Shown in pieces: positions 36,001 to 47,681 of a stretch of 64,000 nucleotides of DNA (its first letter is position 1; the number at the start of each line of letters is the position of its first letter). The translations under genes were made by a program, and so were the position numbers. Source of the DNA: Scyliorhinus canicula (taxonomy: Eukaryota). The notes beneath the pieces are model-generated. The model made no database searches, had not been told where the DNA came from, and was given only the letters and a program-made list of their open reading frames with translations. Location of the stretch: contig NC_052147.1 in NCBI RefSeq assembly GCF_902713615.1, positions 166,884,410 through 166,948,409 of the forward strand. Reading direction: 5' to 3'.

Positions 36001-39000
36001 TGATCTCTGGGTAGACACAGTGATGTCTGGGTTGGAACAGTGATCTCTGGGCAGACACGGTAATCTCTGGGCAGACATAGTGATCTCTGGGCGGACACTG
36101 ATCTCTGGGCAGACACTGATCTCTGGGCAGACACTGATCTCTGGGCAGACACAGTGATGTCTGGGCAGACTCTGATCTCTGGGCAGACACAGTGATCTCT
36201 GGGTCGTAACAGTGATCTCTGGACAGACACAGTGATCTCTGGGTTGGAACAGGGATCTCTGGGCGGACACAGTGATCTCTGGGCGGACACTGTGATCTCT
36301 GGGCGGACACAGTGATCTCTGGGTTGGAACAGTGATCTCTGGGTTGGAACAGTGATCTCTGGGCGGACACAGTGATCTCTGGGCGGACACAGTGATCTCT
36401 GGGCGGACACAGGGATCTCTGGGCAGACACAGGGATCTCTGGGCAGACACAGGGATCTCTGGGCGGACACAGAGATCTCTGGGCGGACACAGTGATCTCT
36501 GGGTTGGAACAGGGATCTCTGGGCAGCCACAGGGATCTCTGGGCAGCCACAGGGATCTCTGGGCAGACACAGTGATCTCTGGGCGGACACAGAGATCTCT
36601 GGGCGGACACAGAGATCTCTAGGCGGACACAGTGATCTCTGGGCAGACACAGGGACCTCTGGATAGACAGAGTGTTCTCTGGGTTGGAACAGGGATCCCT
36701 GGGCAGCCACAGGGATCTCTGGGCAGACACAGTGATCTCTGGGCAGACAGGGATCTCTGGGCGGACACAGTGATCACTGGGCGGACACAGTGATCACTAA
36801 GCTGGAACAGTGATCTCTGGGTAGACACAGGTATCTCTGGGTAGACACAGGTATCTCTGGGCGGACACAGTGATCTCTGGGCAGACACAGGGATCTCTGG
36901 ACAGACAGGGATCTCTGGAAGGTACAGTGATTTCTGGGCAGACACAGTGATCTCTGGGCGGACACAGTGCTCTCTGGGCGGACACAGTGATCTCTGGGCG
37001 GACACAGTGATCTCTGGGCGGACACAGTGATCTCTGGGCAGACACAGTGATCTCTGGGCAGACACAGTGATCTCTGGGCAGACACAGTGATCTCTGGGCA
37101 GACACAGTGATCTCTGGGCAGACACAGTGATCTCTGGGTAGACACAGTGATGTCTGGGTTGGAACAGTGATGTCTGGGTTGGAACAGTGATCTCTGGGCA
37201 GACACGGGGATCTCTGGGCAGACACAGTGATGTCTGGGCTGGAACAGTGATCTCTGGGCTGACACAGTGATATCTGGGTGGACACAGTGATCTCTGGGCG
37301 GACACAGTGATCTCTGGGCGGACACAGGGATCTCTGGGCGGACACAGGGATCTCTGGGCGGACACAGGGATCTCTGGGCGGACACAGGGATCTCTGGGCG
37401 GACACAGGGATCTCAGGGCGGACACAGTGATCTCTGGGTTGGAACAGTGATCTCTGGGTTGGAACAGTGATCTCTGGCCGGACACAGTGATCTCTGGGCG
37501 GACACAGTGATCTCTGGGCGGACACAGTGATCTCTGGGCGGAGACAGTGATCTCTGGGCAGACACAGGGATCTCCGGGTAGACACAGGGATCTCCGGGTA
37601 GACACAGGGATCTCTGGGCAGACACAGTGATCTCTGGGCGGACACATAGATCTCTGGGCGGACACAGTGATCTCTGAGTTGGAACAGGGATCTCTGGGCA
37701 GACACAGGGATCTCTGGGCAGACACAGGGATCTCTGGGCAGACACAGGGATCTCTGGGCAGACACAGTGATCTCTGGATAGACAGAGTGATCTCTGGGCG
37801 GACACAGAGATCTCTGGGCGGACACAGAGATCTCTGGGCGGTCACAGTGATCTCTGGGCAGACACAGGGACCTCTGGATAGACAGAGTGTTCTCTGGGTT
37901 GGAACAGGGATCTCTGAGCAGCCACAGGGATCTCTGGGCAGACACAGTGATCTCTGGGCAGACAGGGATCTCTGGAAGGTACAGTGATTTCTGGGCGGAC
38001 ACAGTGATCTCTGGGCGGACACAGGGATCTCTGGGCGGACACAGTGATCTCTGGGCGGACACAGTGATCTCTGGGCGGACACAGTGATCTCTGGGCGGAC
38101 ACAGTGATCCCTGGGCGGACACAGTGATCCCTGGGCGGACACAGTGATCTCTGGGCGGACACAGTGATCTCTGGGCGGACACAGTGATCTCTGGGTTGGA
38201 ACAGTGATGTCTGGGTTGGAACAGTGATCCTTGGGCAGACACGGGGATCTCTGGGCGGACACAGTTATCTCTGGGCGGACACAGAGATCTCTGGGCGGAC
38301 ACAGTGATCTCTGGGCGGACACAGTGATCTCTGGGCGGACACAGTGATCTCTGGGCGGACACAGTGATCCCTGGGCGGACACAGTGATCTCTGGGCGGAC
38401 ACAGTGATGTCTGGGTTGGAACAGTGATGTCTGGGTTGGAACAGTGATCTCTGGGCAGACACGGGGATCTCTGGGCAGACACAGTGATGTCTGGTCAGAC
38501 TTTGATCTCTGGACAGACACAGTGATCTCTGGGTTGGAACAGTGATCTCTGGGCGGACACAGTGATCTCTGGGCGGACACAGTGATCTCTGGGCGGACAC
38601 AGTGATCTCTGGGCGGACACAGTGATCTCTGGGCGGACACAGTGATCTCTGGGCGGACACAGGGATCTCTGGGCGGACACAGGGATCTCTGGGCGGACAC
38701 AGGGATCTCTGGGCGGACACAGGGATCTCTGGGCGGACACAGGGATCTCAGGGCGGACACAGTGATCTCTGGGTTGGAACAGTGATCTCTGGGTTGGAAC
38801 AGTGATCTCTGGCCGGACACAGTGATCTCTGGCCGGACACAGTGATCTCTGGCCGGACACAGTGATCTCTGGGCGGACACAGTGATCTCTGGGCGGACAC
38901 AGTGATCTCTGGGCGGAGACAGTGATCTCTGGGCGGAGACAGTGATCTCTGGGCGGAGACAGTGATCTCTGGGCAGACACAGGGATCTCCGGGTAGACAC

Positions 39001-41545
39001 AGGGATCTCTGGGCAGACACAGGGATCTCTGGGCAGACACATAGATCTCTGGGCGGACACAGAGATCTCTGGGCGGTCACAGTGATCTCTGGGCAGACAC
39101 AGGGACCTCTGGATAGACAGAGTGTTCTCTGGGTTGGAACAGGGATCTCTGAGCAGCCACAGGGATCTCTGGGCAGACACAGTGATCTCTGGGCAGACAG
39201 GGATCTCTGGAAGGTACAGTGATTTCTGGGCAGACACAGTGATCTCTGGGCGGACACAGGGATCTCTGGGCGGACACGTTGATCTCTGGGCAGACACAGT
39301 GATCACTGCGTTGGAACAGTGATCTCTGGGCAGACTCAGTGACCTCTGGGCGGACACAGTTATCTCTGGGCGGACACAGAGATCTCTGGGCGGACACAGT
39401 GATCTCTGGGCGGACACAGTGATCTCTGGGCGGACACAGTGATCTCTGGGCGGACACAGTGATCTCTGGGCGGACACAGTGATCTCTGGGCGGACACAGT
39501 GATCCCTGGGCGGACACAGTGATCTATGGGCGGACACAGTGATCTCTGGGTTGGAACAGTGATGTCTGGGTTGGAACAGTGATCTCTGGGCAGACACGGG
39601 GATCTCTGGGCGGACACAGTTATCTCTGGGCAGACACAGAGATCTCTGGGCGGACACAGTGATCTCTGGGCGGACACCGTGATCTCTGGGCGGACACAGT
39701 GATCACTGCGTTGGAACAGTGATGTCTGGGTTGGAACAGTGATCTCTGGGCAGACACGGGGATCTCTGGGCAGACACGGGGATCTCTGGGCAGACACACT
39801 GATGTCTGTGCAGACTCTGATCTCTGGACAGACACAGTGATCTCTGGGTTGGAACAGTGATCTCTGGGCAGACACGGGGATCTCTGGGCAGACACAGTGA
39901 TGTCTGGGCAGACTCTGATCTCTGGACAGACACAGTGATCTCTGGGTTGGAACAGTGATCTCCGGGCTGACACAGTGATCTCTGGGTTGGAACAGTGATC
40001 TCTGGGCTGACACAGTGATCTCTGGGTTGGAACAGTGATCTCTGGGCAGACACGGGGATCTCTGGGCAGACACAGTGATGGCTGGGCAGACTCTGATCTC
40101 TGGACAGACACAGTGATCTCTGGGTTGGAACAGTGATCTCCGGGCTGACACAGTGATCTCTGGGTTGGAACAGTGATCTCTGGGCTGACACAGTGATCTC
40201 TGGGTTGGAACAGTGATCTCTGGGCAGACACGGGCATCTCTGGGCAGACACAGTGATGTCTGGGCAGACTCTGATCTCTGGACAGACACAGTGATCTCTG
40301 GGTTGGAACAGTGATCTCCGGGCTGACACAGTGATCTCTGGGTTGGAACAGTGATCTCTGGGCTGACACAGTGATCTCTGGGTTGGAACAGTGATCTCTG
40401 GGTTGGAACAGTGATCTCTGGGCAGACACGGTAATCTCTGGGCAGACACGGTAATCTCTGGGCAGACATAGTGATCTCTGGGCAGACACTGATCTCTGGG
40501 CAGACACAGTGATCTCTGGGCAGACACAGTGATCTCTGGGCAGACACAGTGATCTCTGGGCAGACACTGATCTCTGGGCAGACACAGTGATCTCTGGGCG
40601 GGCACAGTGATCTCTGGGCAGACACAGTGATCTCTGGGCAGACACTGATCCCTGGGCAGACACAGTGATCTCTGGGCGGACACAGTGATCTCTGGGCAGA
40701 CACTGATCTCTGGGCAGACACTGATCTCTGGGCAGACACTGATCTCTGGGCAGACACAGTGATGTCTGGGCGGACACAGTGATCTCTGGGCGGACACAGT
40801 AATCTCTGGGCTTGTACAGTGATCTCTGGGCGGACACAGTGATCTCGGGGCAGACACAGCGATCTCTGGGCAGACGCAGGGATCTCTGAGCGGACACAGA
40901 GATCTCTGGGCGGACACAGGGATCTCTGGGCGGACACAGGGATCTCTGGGCGGACACAGGGATCTCTGGGTGGACACAGGGATCTCTGAGCGGACACAGG
41001 GATCTCTGGGCAGACACAGGGATCTCTGGAAGGTACAGTGATTTCTGGGCAACACAGTGATCTCTGGGCGGACACGGTAATCTCTGGGCAGACACAGAGA
41101 TCTCTGGGCAGACACAGTGATCTCTGGGCAGACACAGGGATCTCTGGGCTGGTACAGTGATCTCGGGGCGGAAACAGGGATCTCTGGGCGGACACAGGGA
41201 TCTCTGGGTTGGAACATGGATCTCTGGGCGGACACAGGCATCTCTGGGCGGACACAGGCATCTCTGGGCGGACACAGGCATCTCTGGGCGGACACAGGGA
41301 TCTCTGGGTTGGAACAGGGATCTGTGGGCAGCCACAGGGATTTCTGGGCGGACACAGGGATCTCTGGGCGGACACAGGGATCTCTGGGCGGACACAGGGA
41401 TCTCTGGGCGGACACAGGGATCTCTGGGCGGACACAAGGATCTCTGGGCGGACACAGGGATCTCTGGGCGGACACAGGGATCTCTGGACGGACACAGGGA
41501 TCTCTGGGAGGGCACCATAATCTCTGGGTCGGTACAATGATCTAT
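27043..41545. repeat. Satellite/macro-minisatellite array, 20-bp unit GGGC(A/G)GACACAG(T/G)GATCTCT, ~690 units with higher-order repeats
   Basis: Continuous 20-bp periodicity with recurrent variant units (GGTTGGAACAGTGATGTCT, GAGCAAACACAGGGATCTCT, 18- and 19-bp deletion units). Degenerate at both edges and interrupted once at 33983-34705. Confidence 0.97.
33983..34705. mobile_element. GC-rich Harbinger-type MITE inserted in the satellite
   Basis: TIRs GGGCGAAATTCTCC / GGAGAATCGCGCCC, flanked by AGG/AGT. Strongly palindromic interior with little CpG decay. Confidence 0.85.
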
Positions 41546-41828
41546 GCAAAAGTCCAGCGATCATTGTAAAGGCAGTGTGATTTTTTGAAAAATAAGGTGC
41601 TGTTTTGGGAAGCAAAAGGTACTGTGGTGCACCAAGCGACATTCAAACACTATTCACCATTAAAACTATCATCTATTTTTCAAACAAATAAGAGGAAAAC
41701 TGATTCTAAAATGAGAGAGAATGGTCTAGCTGGATGACCAAAAGGATCACTCTGCAGATTGTCCACAAGATGATCTATGGGGAACTTATTCTTTACATTA
41801 TCATCAGGGAAAGTTCTTCAGGAACACT

Positions 41829-42376
41829 GGGCGGGATATTCCAATAATGCCAGCATCAAAACGTGGGTGTTTCACTCTGGACTTTGCTTAAGAAAGCCCA
41901 GAGTGATTCGCCAACCTACAGGGGGCTAACAGGGCCCCGGAGAGCTTCTCGCAGCTCTGGCTGCAGATATGGGGCCCTGCACTTCCAGCTGGGAGTCCAC
42001 GCGTGCGCGCGGCGGGGACCGCGCTGTGCCTGATGGCGGGCTCGGACTGTGGAGCAGCACCACAACATAGGACCCCGAGATCGCACGCGCCCGCGGACTG
42101 AGCCCGCAGCCGCCACCGGCCGTTCCTGACAGGAAACACGTGGTCAAAACCCATGCCATTGGGAACTCGGCCAGTTGTCCCCGGAGAATTGCTGCGGGAG
42201 CCTCTGTCAATGGCCCCCTACCCGCACCACGTAGAGAGCGCACCTGTGATTCTTGGCGATTCTCCAGGGAATGGAGAATCGTCGGAGTGGCGTTGTGCCG
42301 GATTTCGGCATCAACGCCAATTCTCCACCCCCGCGCCAATTGCGATTTTGGCGTGGAGGCTCGGAGAATCCCGCCC
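41829..42376. mobile_element. Harbinger-type MITE
   Basis: GGGCGGGAT...GGAGAATCCCGCCC with a perfect 3-bp TSD ACT. Confidence 0.82.
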
Positions 42377-42444
42377 ACTATTTCCAAATGATAACAAAAC
42401 AATATTCCAGAATTTTCATCAACACTTGGTTACATAGGAAATCA

Positions 42445-42990
42445 GGGTGTGGAGAATCGCCGCCATTTGCGCCAGCGCTTTTGATGCAGTGCCGATTGCG
42501 GGACGCTGGAATCGGCCGGACCGCCGATTCTCTGGCCCGGATGGGCTGAGCAGCCGCGCGGAAATGACAGAGTCCCACCGGCGCCGTTCACCCCTGGTCG
42601 CTGCTGGTGGGAACTCTGCGCGATGGGTCGGGGGCGGCCTGTGGGGCTGGGAAAAGCGATCCTTCACCGGGTGGGGGCCCTCCGATGGGATCTGGCCTGC
42701 GATCAGGTCCCACCGATCGGCAGGCTGGCCTCCCTCCCCCACCGGGCCTACTTTCTTGCACGGCTGGCCCCTGAACATCAATGCCACGCTGAACTGCGGA
42801 TGCACGGGTTGGCGTGGCGACTATTTGGCGCTGGGAAAGGAGTCTGGAGCGGCATGAACCACTCCAGCACCGTGCTGGCCCACTGTGGGGGCCAGAATCG
42901 GTCGTCCCAGTGCCCGTTCCGCGCCATCGTGAAACGCGATGCCGTTCACGACGGCGCAAACACTTGGGCTCCATTTTGGAGAATCGCCCC
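42445..42990. mobile_element. Harbinger-type MITE (one end truncated)
   Basis: Right end GGAGAATCGCCCC, with internal modules shared with 47682-48331 and 56048-56778. Confidence 0.7.
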
Positions 42991-43235
42991 CACGGTTCCA
43001 TCTTCATAGATGATCCAATAACTGCCTAATACATGGCAGTACTGAATATTACAGGAACCAAAACCATCAGAGACAATTGGAGATCTCAGAGACCTTGGGT
43101 GGATTCTCTGCGAATCTGTGGGGCAGACCACTCTGGCACCGAGGCGTGGTGTGAACCATTCTGCCGTCGGGTCTCCCCGAAGGTACGGAATCCTCCACAC
43201 CTTCAGGGGCTAGGCCGGCGCCGGAGTGTTTGGCG

Positions 43236-46200
43236 CAGGGGGCGTAGCCAGAGGCAGAGTCCCCCAGGGTTCCAAGCCTCTTAAAGGGGCAATGTATTCC
43301 GATCATCACAAGCCTCTTAAAGGGGCAAGGTATTCCCATCATCACATTCACCCCCTGTTTAAAAAAAACATAGTCCGTCGGGGATGAAGTGTTTTTAAAT
43401 TATAAGTTCAGTCTTTGTGGTGGTCTGATAGTCCGTGCTGACTTTCGCCTCTCCGGTGGTGGCGCCGTGGATGCGGTCGGTTCCGATGGTGGTCTATCCG
43501 GGAGCACGGTTGACTGAAGCTTTGTCCGCCTTGGAGAGGGGGGGGGGGTATCAGGAGTGATTAGGGTGGTCGGTGTCGGCTGGGGGGCAGGGGGCGCTAT
43601 GGAGGGGGCGCTGTCGAAGTCGGCGTTCAGTGTAGGGCCGGGAGCGTCGGTAGAAGGGGGGGGGGGGTCGGTGGGAGGATCGGTGGAGTCGGTGGGAGAG
43701 CCAGCGGGTGCCAGGTCTCGCAGGGATACAGTATCCTGCCTGCCATCGGGGTGCTCGACGTAGGCATAACGAGGGTTTGCGTGCAGCAGGTGGACCCTCT
43801 TGGCTATGGGATCCGTTGTATGGCTCCTCACATGCCTCCGGAGTAGGACTGGACCCGGAGTCGTCAGCCAGGGTGGAAGTGAGACTCCAGAGGTGGACTT
43901 CCTGGGGAAGACAAACAAACGATTGTGAGGGGTCTCGTTCGTGGCCGTACAGAGGAGCGACCTAATGGAGTGCAGGGCATCGGGTAGGACCTCCTGCCAG
44001 CGGGCGATAGGGAGACTCCTTGACCGTAGGGCTAGGAGGACAGCCTTCCAAACTGTCGCGTTCTCCCTCTCCACTTGCCCGTTTCCCCGCGGGTTATAGC
44101 TCGTCGTCCTGCTCGAAGCGATGCCCTTGCTGAGCAGGTACCGATGCAGCTCATCGCTCATGAACGATGTACCCCGGTCGCTGTGGATATAAGCGGGGAA
44201 ACCAAACAGAGCGAAGATGCTGCGCAGTGCCTTGATCACGGAGGCCGAGGTAGTATCGGGGCAGGGGACAGCAAAAGGGAAGCGGGAGAATTCATCGATG
44301 ACGGTGAGGAAATAGATGTTGCGGTTGTTGGACGGGAGAGGCCCTTTGAAGTCCACGCTTAGTCGCTCAAAGGGCCCAGAGGCTTTTATCAGGCGGGCCT
44401 TGTCTGGTTGATAGAACTGCGGTTTGCATTCTGCACAGATCTGGCATGCCTTAGTCATGGTCTTGACCTCCCCTGTGGAGTAGGGCAGGTTGCGGGACTT
44501 GATGAAGTGGGCAAGCCGGGTGACCCCCGGGTGGCAGAGGTCATCGTGGATGGCTCTCAGGCGGTCCAATTGCGCGTTGGCGCACGTGCCGCGAGACAGG
44601 GCATCTGGGGACTCGTTGAGCTTCCCCGGGCGATATTTAATATCGTACATATAGGTGGAGAGCTCTATTCTCCACCTCAGAATCTTGTCGTTCTTTATTT
44701 TGCCCCGTTGTGCGTTATCGAACATAAAGGCGACCGACCGTTGGTCGGTGATGAGGGTGAACCTCCTACCAGGTAGTGCCTCCAGTGTCGCACGGCCTCC
44801 ACTATGGCTTGTGCCTCCTTCTCGACTGCAGAGTGTCGAATTTCCGAGGCGTTGAGGGTTCGGGAGAAGAACGCTACTGGTCTGCCCGCTTGGTTGAGGG
44901 TAGCAGCCAGGGCGACGTCTGATGCATCGCTTTCTATTTGAAAGGGGATGGCTTTGTCCACCGCGTGCATGGCGGCCTTGATGATGCCGGCCTTGATACG
45001 GTTGAAAGCCGACTGGGCCTCATCCGTCAGAGGAAAAACCGTGGTCTTAATGAGTGGCCGGGCTTTGTCCCCATATCTGGGGACCGACTGGGCGTAATAG
45101 GAGAAAAGCCCCAAGCACCGTTTGAGTTCCTTGAGGCTACGGGGGAGGGGGAGTTCCTTAAGGGGACGCATGCGGTCGGGGTCCGGGCCTAGGACCCCGT
45201 TCTCCACGACGTAGCCGGGTTGTGTGGAACACGCATTTCTCTTTGTTGTAGGTGAGGTTGAGGGCCCGGGCAGTCTGGAGGAACTTCCTCAGGTTTGCGT
45301 CGTGGTCCTGCTGGTCATGGCCGCAGATGGTGACGTTGTCCAAGTACAGGAAGGTAGCCCGTAAGCCGTACTGGTCCACCATTTGATCCATCGCCCTCTG
45401 GAAAACGGAGACTCCGTTTGTAACACCAAAGGGCATCCTGAGGAAGTGAAACAGCCGACCGGCTGCTTCAAAAGCCGTGTAGGGGCAGTCCTCTGAGCGA
45501 ATAGGGAGTTGGTGGTAGGCCGATTTGAGGTCAACCGTGGAGAATACCCGATACTGGGCAATTTGGGTCACCATTTCAGCTATTCGGGGAAGTGGGTACG
45601 CATCGAGTTGTGTGAAGCGGTTTATTGTCTGGCTATAATCCACAACCATGCGTTGCTTTTCCCCAGAGCGGACTACTAATACCTGGGCCCTCCAAGGGCT
45701 GTTGCTGGCCTCTATGACCCCCTCTTTTAGTAGCCGCTGAACCTCCGACTTGATGAAAGTCAAGTCTTGGGTACTGTACCGGCGACTCTTGGTGGCGATG
45801 GGCTTACAGTCGGGAGTGAGGTACGCGAAGAGGCGGGGTGGCGCAACTTTGAGTGTCGCCAGGCTGCAGACTGAGAGTGGGGGCAGGGGTCCGCCGAACT
45901 TCAGTGTCAGGCTCCGGTGGCTGCACTGAAAGTCGAGGCCAAGCAGCAGGGGGGCGCAGAGTTGAGGAAAAATGTACAGTTTAAAACGGGAGTATTTCGC
46001 GCCTTGAATTGTGAGGTCAGCGACACAATACCCCGTGATTTGAACCAAATGGGACCCTGAGGCGAGGGCGATAGTTTGGGAGGCGGGATGGGTGCGCAGG
46101 GAGCAGCGCCTTACCGTGTCTGGGTGGATAAAGCTCTCCGTGCTCCCGGAGTTGAACAGGCAGGGAGTGTCTTGGCCGTTGATTCGCACCCGCATCATCG

Positions 46201-47494
46201 AGTTTCGCAGGTGTTTCGGCCGTGATTGATCAAGCGTGATCGCTCCTAGGTGCGGGCCGTCAGAGTCGGACTCACAAAATGGCTGCCCGGAGTCACAAGA
46301 TGGCCGCCGCCGCCGGTCGCACGTGTCGGGTTTCGAAGATGGCCGCCGCCAAGATGGCCGCTCCCATGACTCGCACGAGGTCGATGACGCGTCAGAAGTG
46401 GGCGTGTCTGGCCACAGTGCAGCCGCGTTGCGGGGTCTGTGAGGCTGAGAGCTTGATTTCTGGGCCCGGTGAGACTTTTGTTTGTAGCCTTTGGGCCCAG
46501 CCAGGCAGACGTTCGCGAAGTGCCCTTTCTTCCCGCAGTCGTTGCAGGTCGCGGATCGGGCCGGACAACGCTGACGTGGGTGCTGGCCTTGCCCACAGAA
46601 ATAGCATGGGGAGCCCCCGGAGTGAGTGGATCGACGCGTGGCACAGGCCTGTAGCGTGGCCGAGTCTGGAGGGGATCGAGAGGGATTTGTAAGGTCCGCG
46701 GAGTACGTACGGAGGTTACGGTGGGCCATTTCGAGAGAAAAGCCGAGCGTTACCGTGCCTTGGAGATCCTTCGCCCCGTCTTCTAGGAGCCGCTGCCGGA
46801 TGTACGATGACCTGATGCCAGACCCAAGGGCGTCGCGAATGTGTAAGTCCCTGTGTTCTTCAGCCGTCACTGCTTTGTGGTCGCAGTTCCTCGCGAGCGC
46901 GGTGAGTCTTTCCACGAACTCGTCCAGCATTTCTCCGGAGCGCTGGCTGCAGGTCGAGAGCAAATGCCTGGCATGTACCTCATTGGTAGTCTTTATGAAG
47001 CGTTTCTTCAATATTTCGATCGCCGCCTCATAGGTCGTAGCGGTTTCAATCATGGCAGAGATTCGGTGGCTCACCCGGCCATGTAGGAAGCGCAGCTTGC
47101 GAGTGCTGTCGACATCAGACGGTGAGGAGTCCAAATAATCCTCAAAACACCGGAGCCAATGTTTAAAGATTTCCGAGGCTTCAGGCGTCCTGCCTTCCAG
47201 GTTGAGTCTCTCTGGTTTCAGACCGCTGTCCATCTTGATGTGCACTGCTTATTAAATTGAGGCACTCTCAATTACGACACGAAAGTTAGGTCAGTAATCA
47301 AAGGCTTTAATAAGCAGTGGACAATGGCAGCCTCCATGAGAAGTGTGCTCGCAAAATGGAGTCTCATCTTAAGTACTGTTTCCCAGGGGGCGTAGCCAGA
47401 GGCGGAGTCCCCCAGGGTTCCAAGCCTCTTAAAGGGGCAATGTATTCCGATCATCACAAGCCTCTTAAAGGGGCAAGGTATTCCGATCATCACA
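43236..47494 (-). mobile_element. Near-complete Gypsy (Mag-like) LTR retrotransposon, 3' LTR truncated
   Basis: 5' LTR 47258-47494 (TG...CA). 3' LTR remnant 43236-43346 has 2 mismatches in 111 bp. PPT at 43347-43360. Domain order gag-PR-RT-RH-IN. Confidence 0.93.
43400..47233 (-). pseudogene. Gag-Pol polyprotein of the Gypsy element, with two frameshifts
   Basis: Gag starts at ATG 47233 and has two CCHC knuckles (CYFCGQGQH..C, CNDCGKKGH..C). Protease motif degraded to LFNSGS. RT motifs SPWRAQV, DLKSAYHQ, MPFGV, YLDN; RNase H SDASD; integrase HPG..CQIC, SVDFKG, HSDRG, NGQVER. Frameshifts near 45215 and 44770. Confidence 0.88.
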
Positions 47495-47681
47495 CTCCCT
47501 CTAAGCTCCGAACAGCATCTCACACAAAAGAACAGAGCCACGCTATTGATATGCAACTATGCTTCCATTGACGGGCAATGAGGCCATCAGACTCTGTAAT
47601 TGGCTAATAGCTAGGCAAAGTTTCTGATGAGGACCAGGTCACCCACTTGGAACAATCTGTCCATTTTTGGTGAAACATTCT

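Noticed and set aside
27043-41545. CRISPR array or genuine repeat-protein genes in the 20-bp array
   Set aside because: Units are contiguous with no unique spacers, there are no cas genes, and the context is eukaryotic. ORFs occur in all three minus frames because the unit lacks stop codons.
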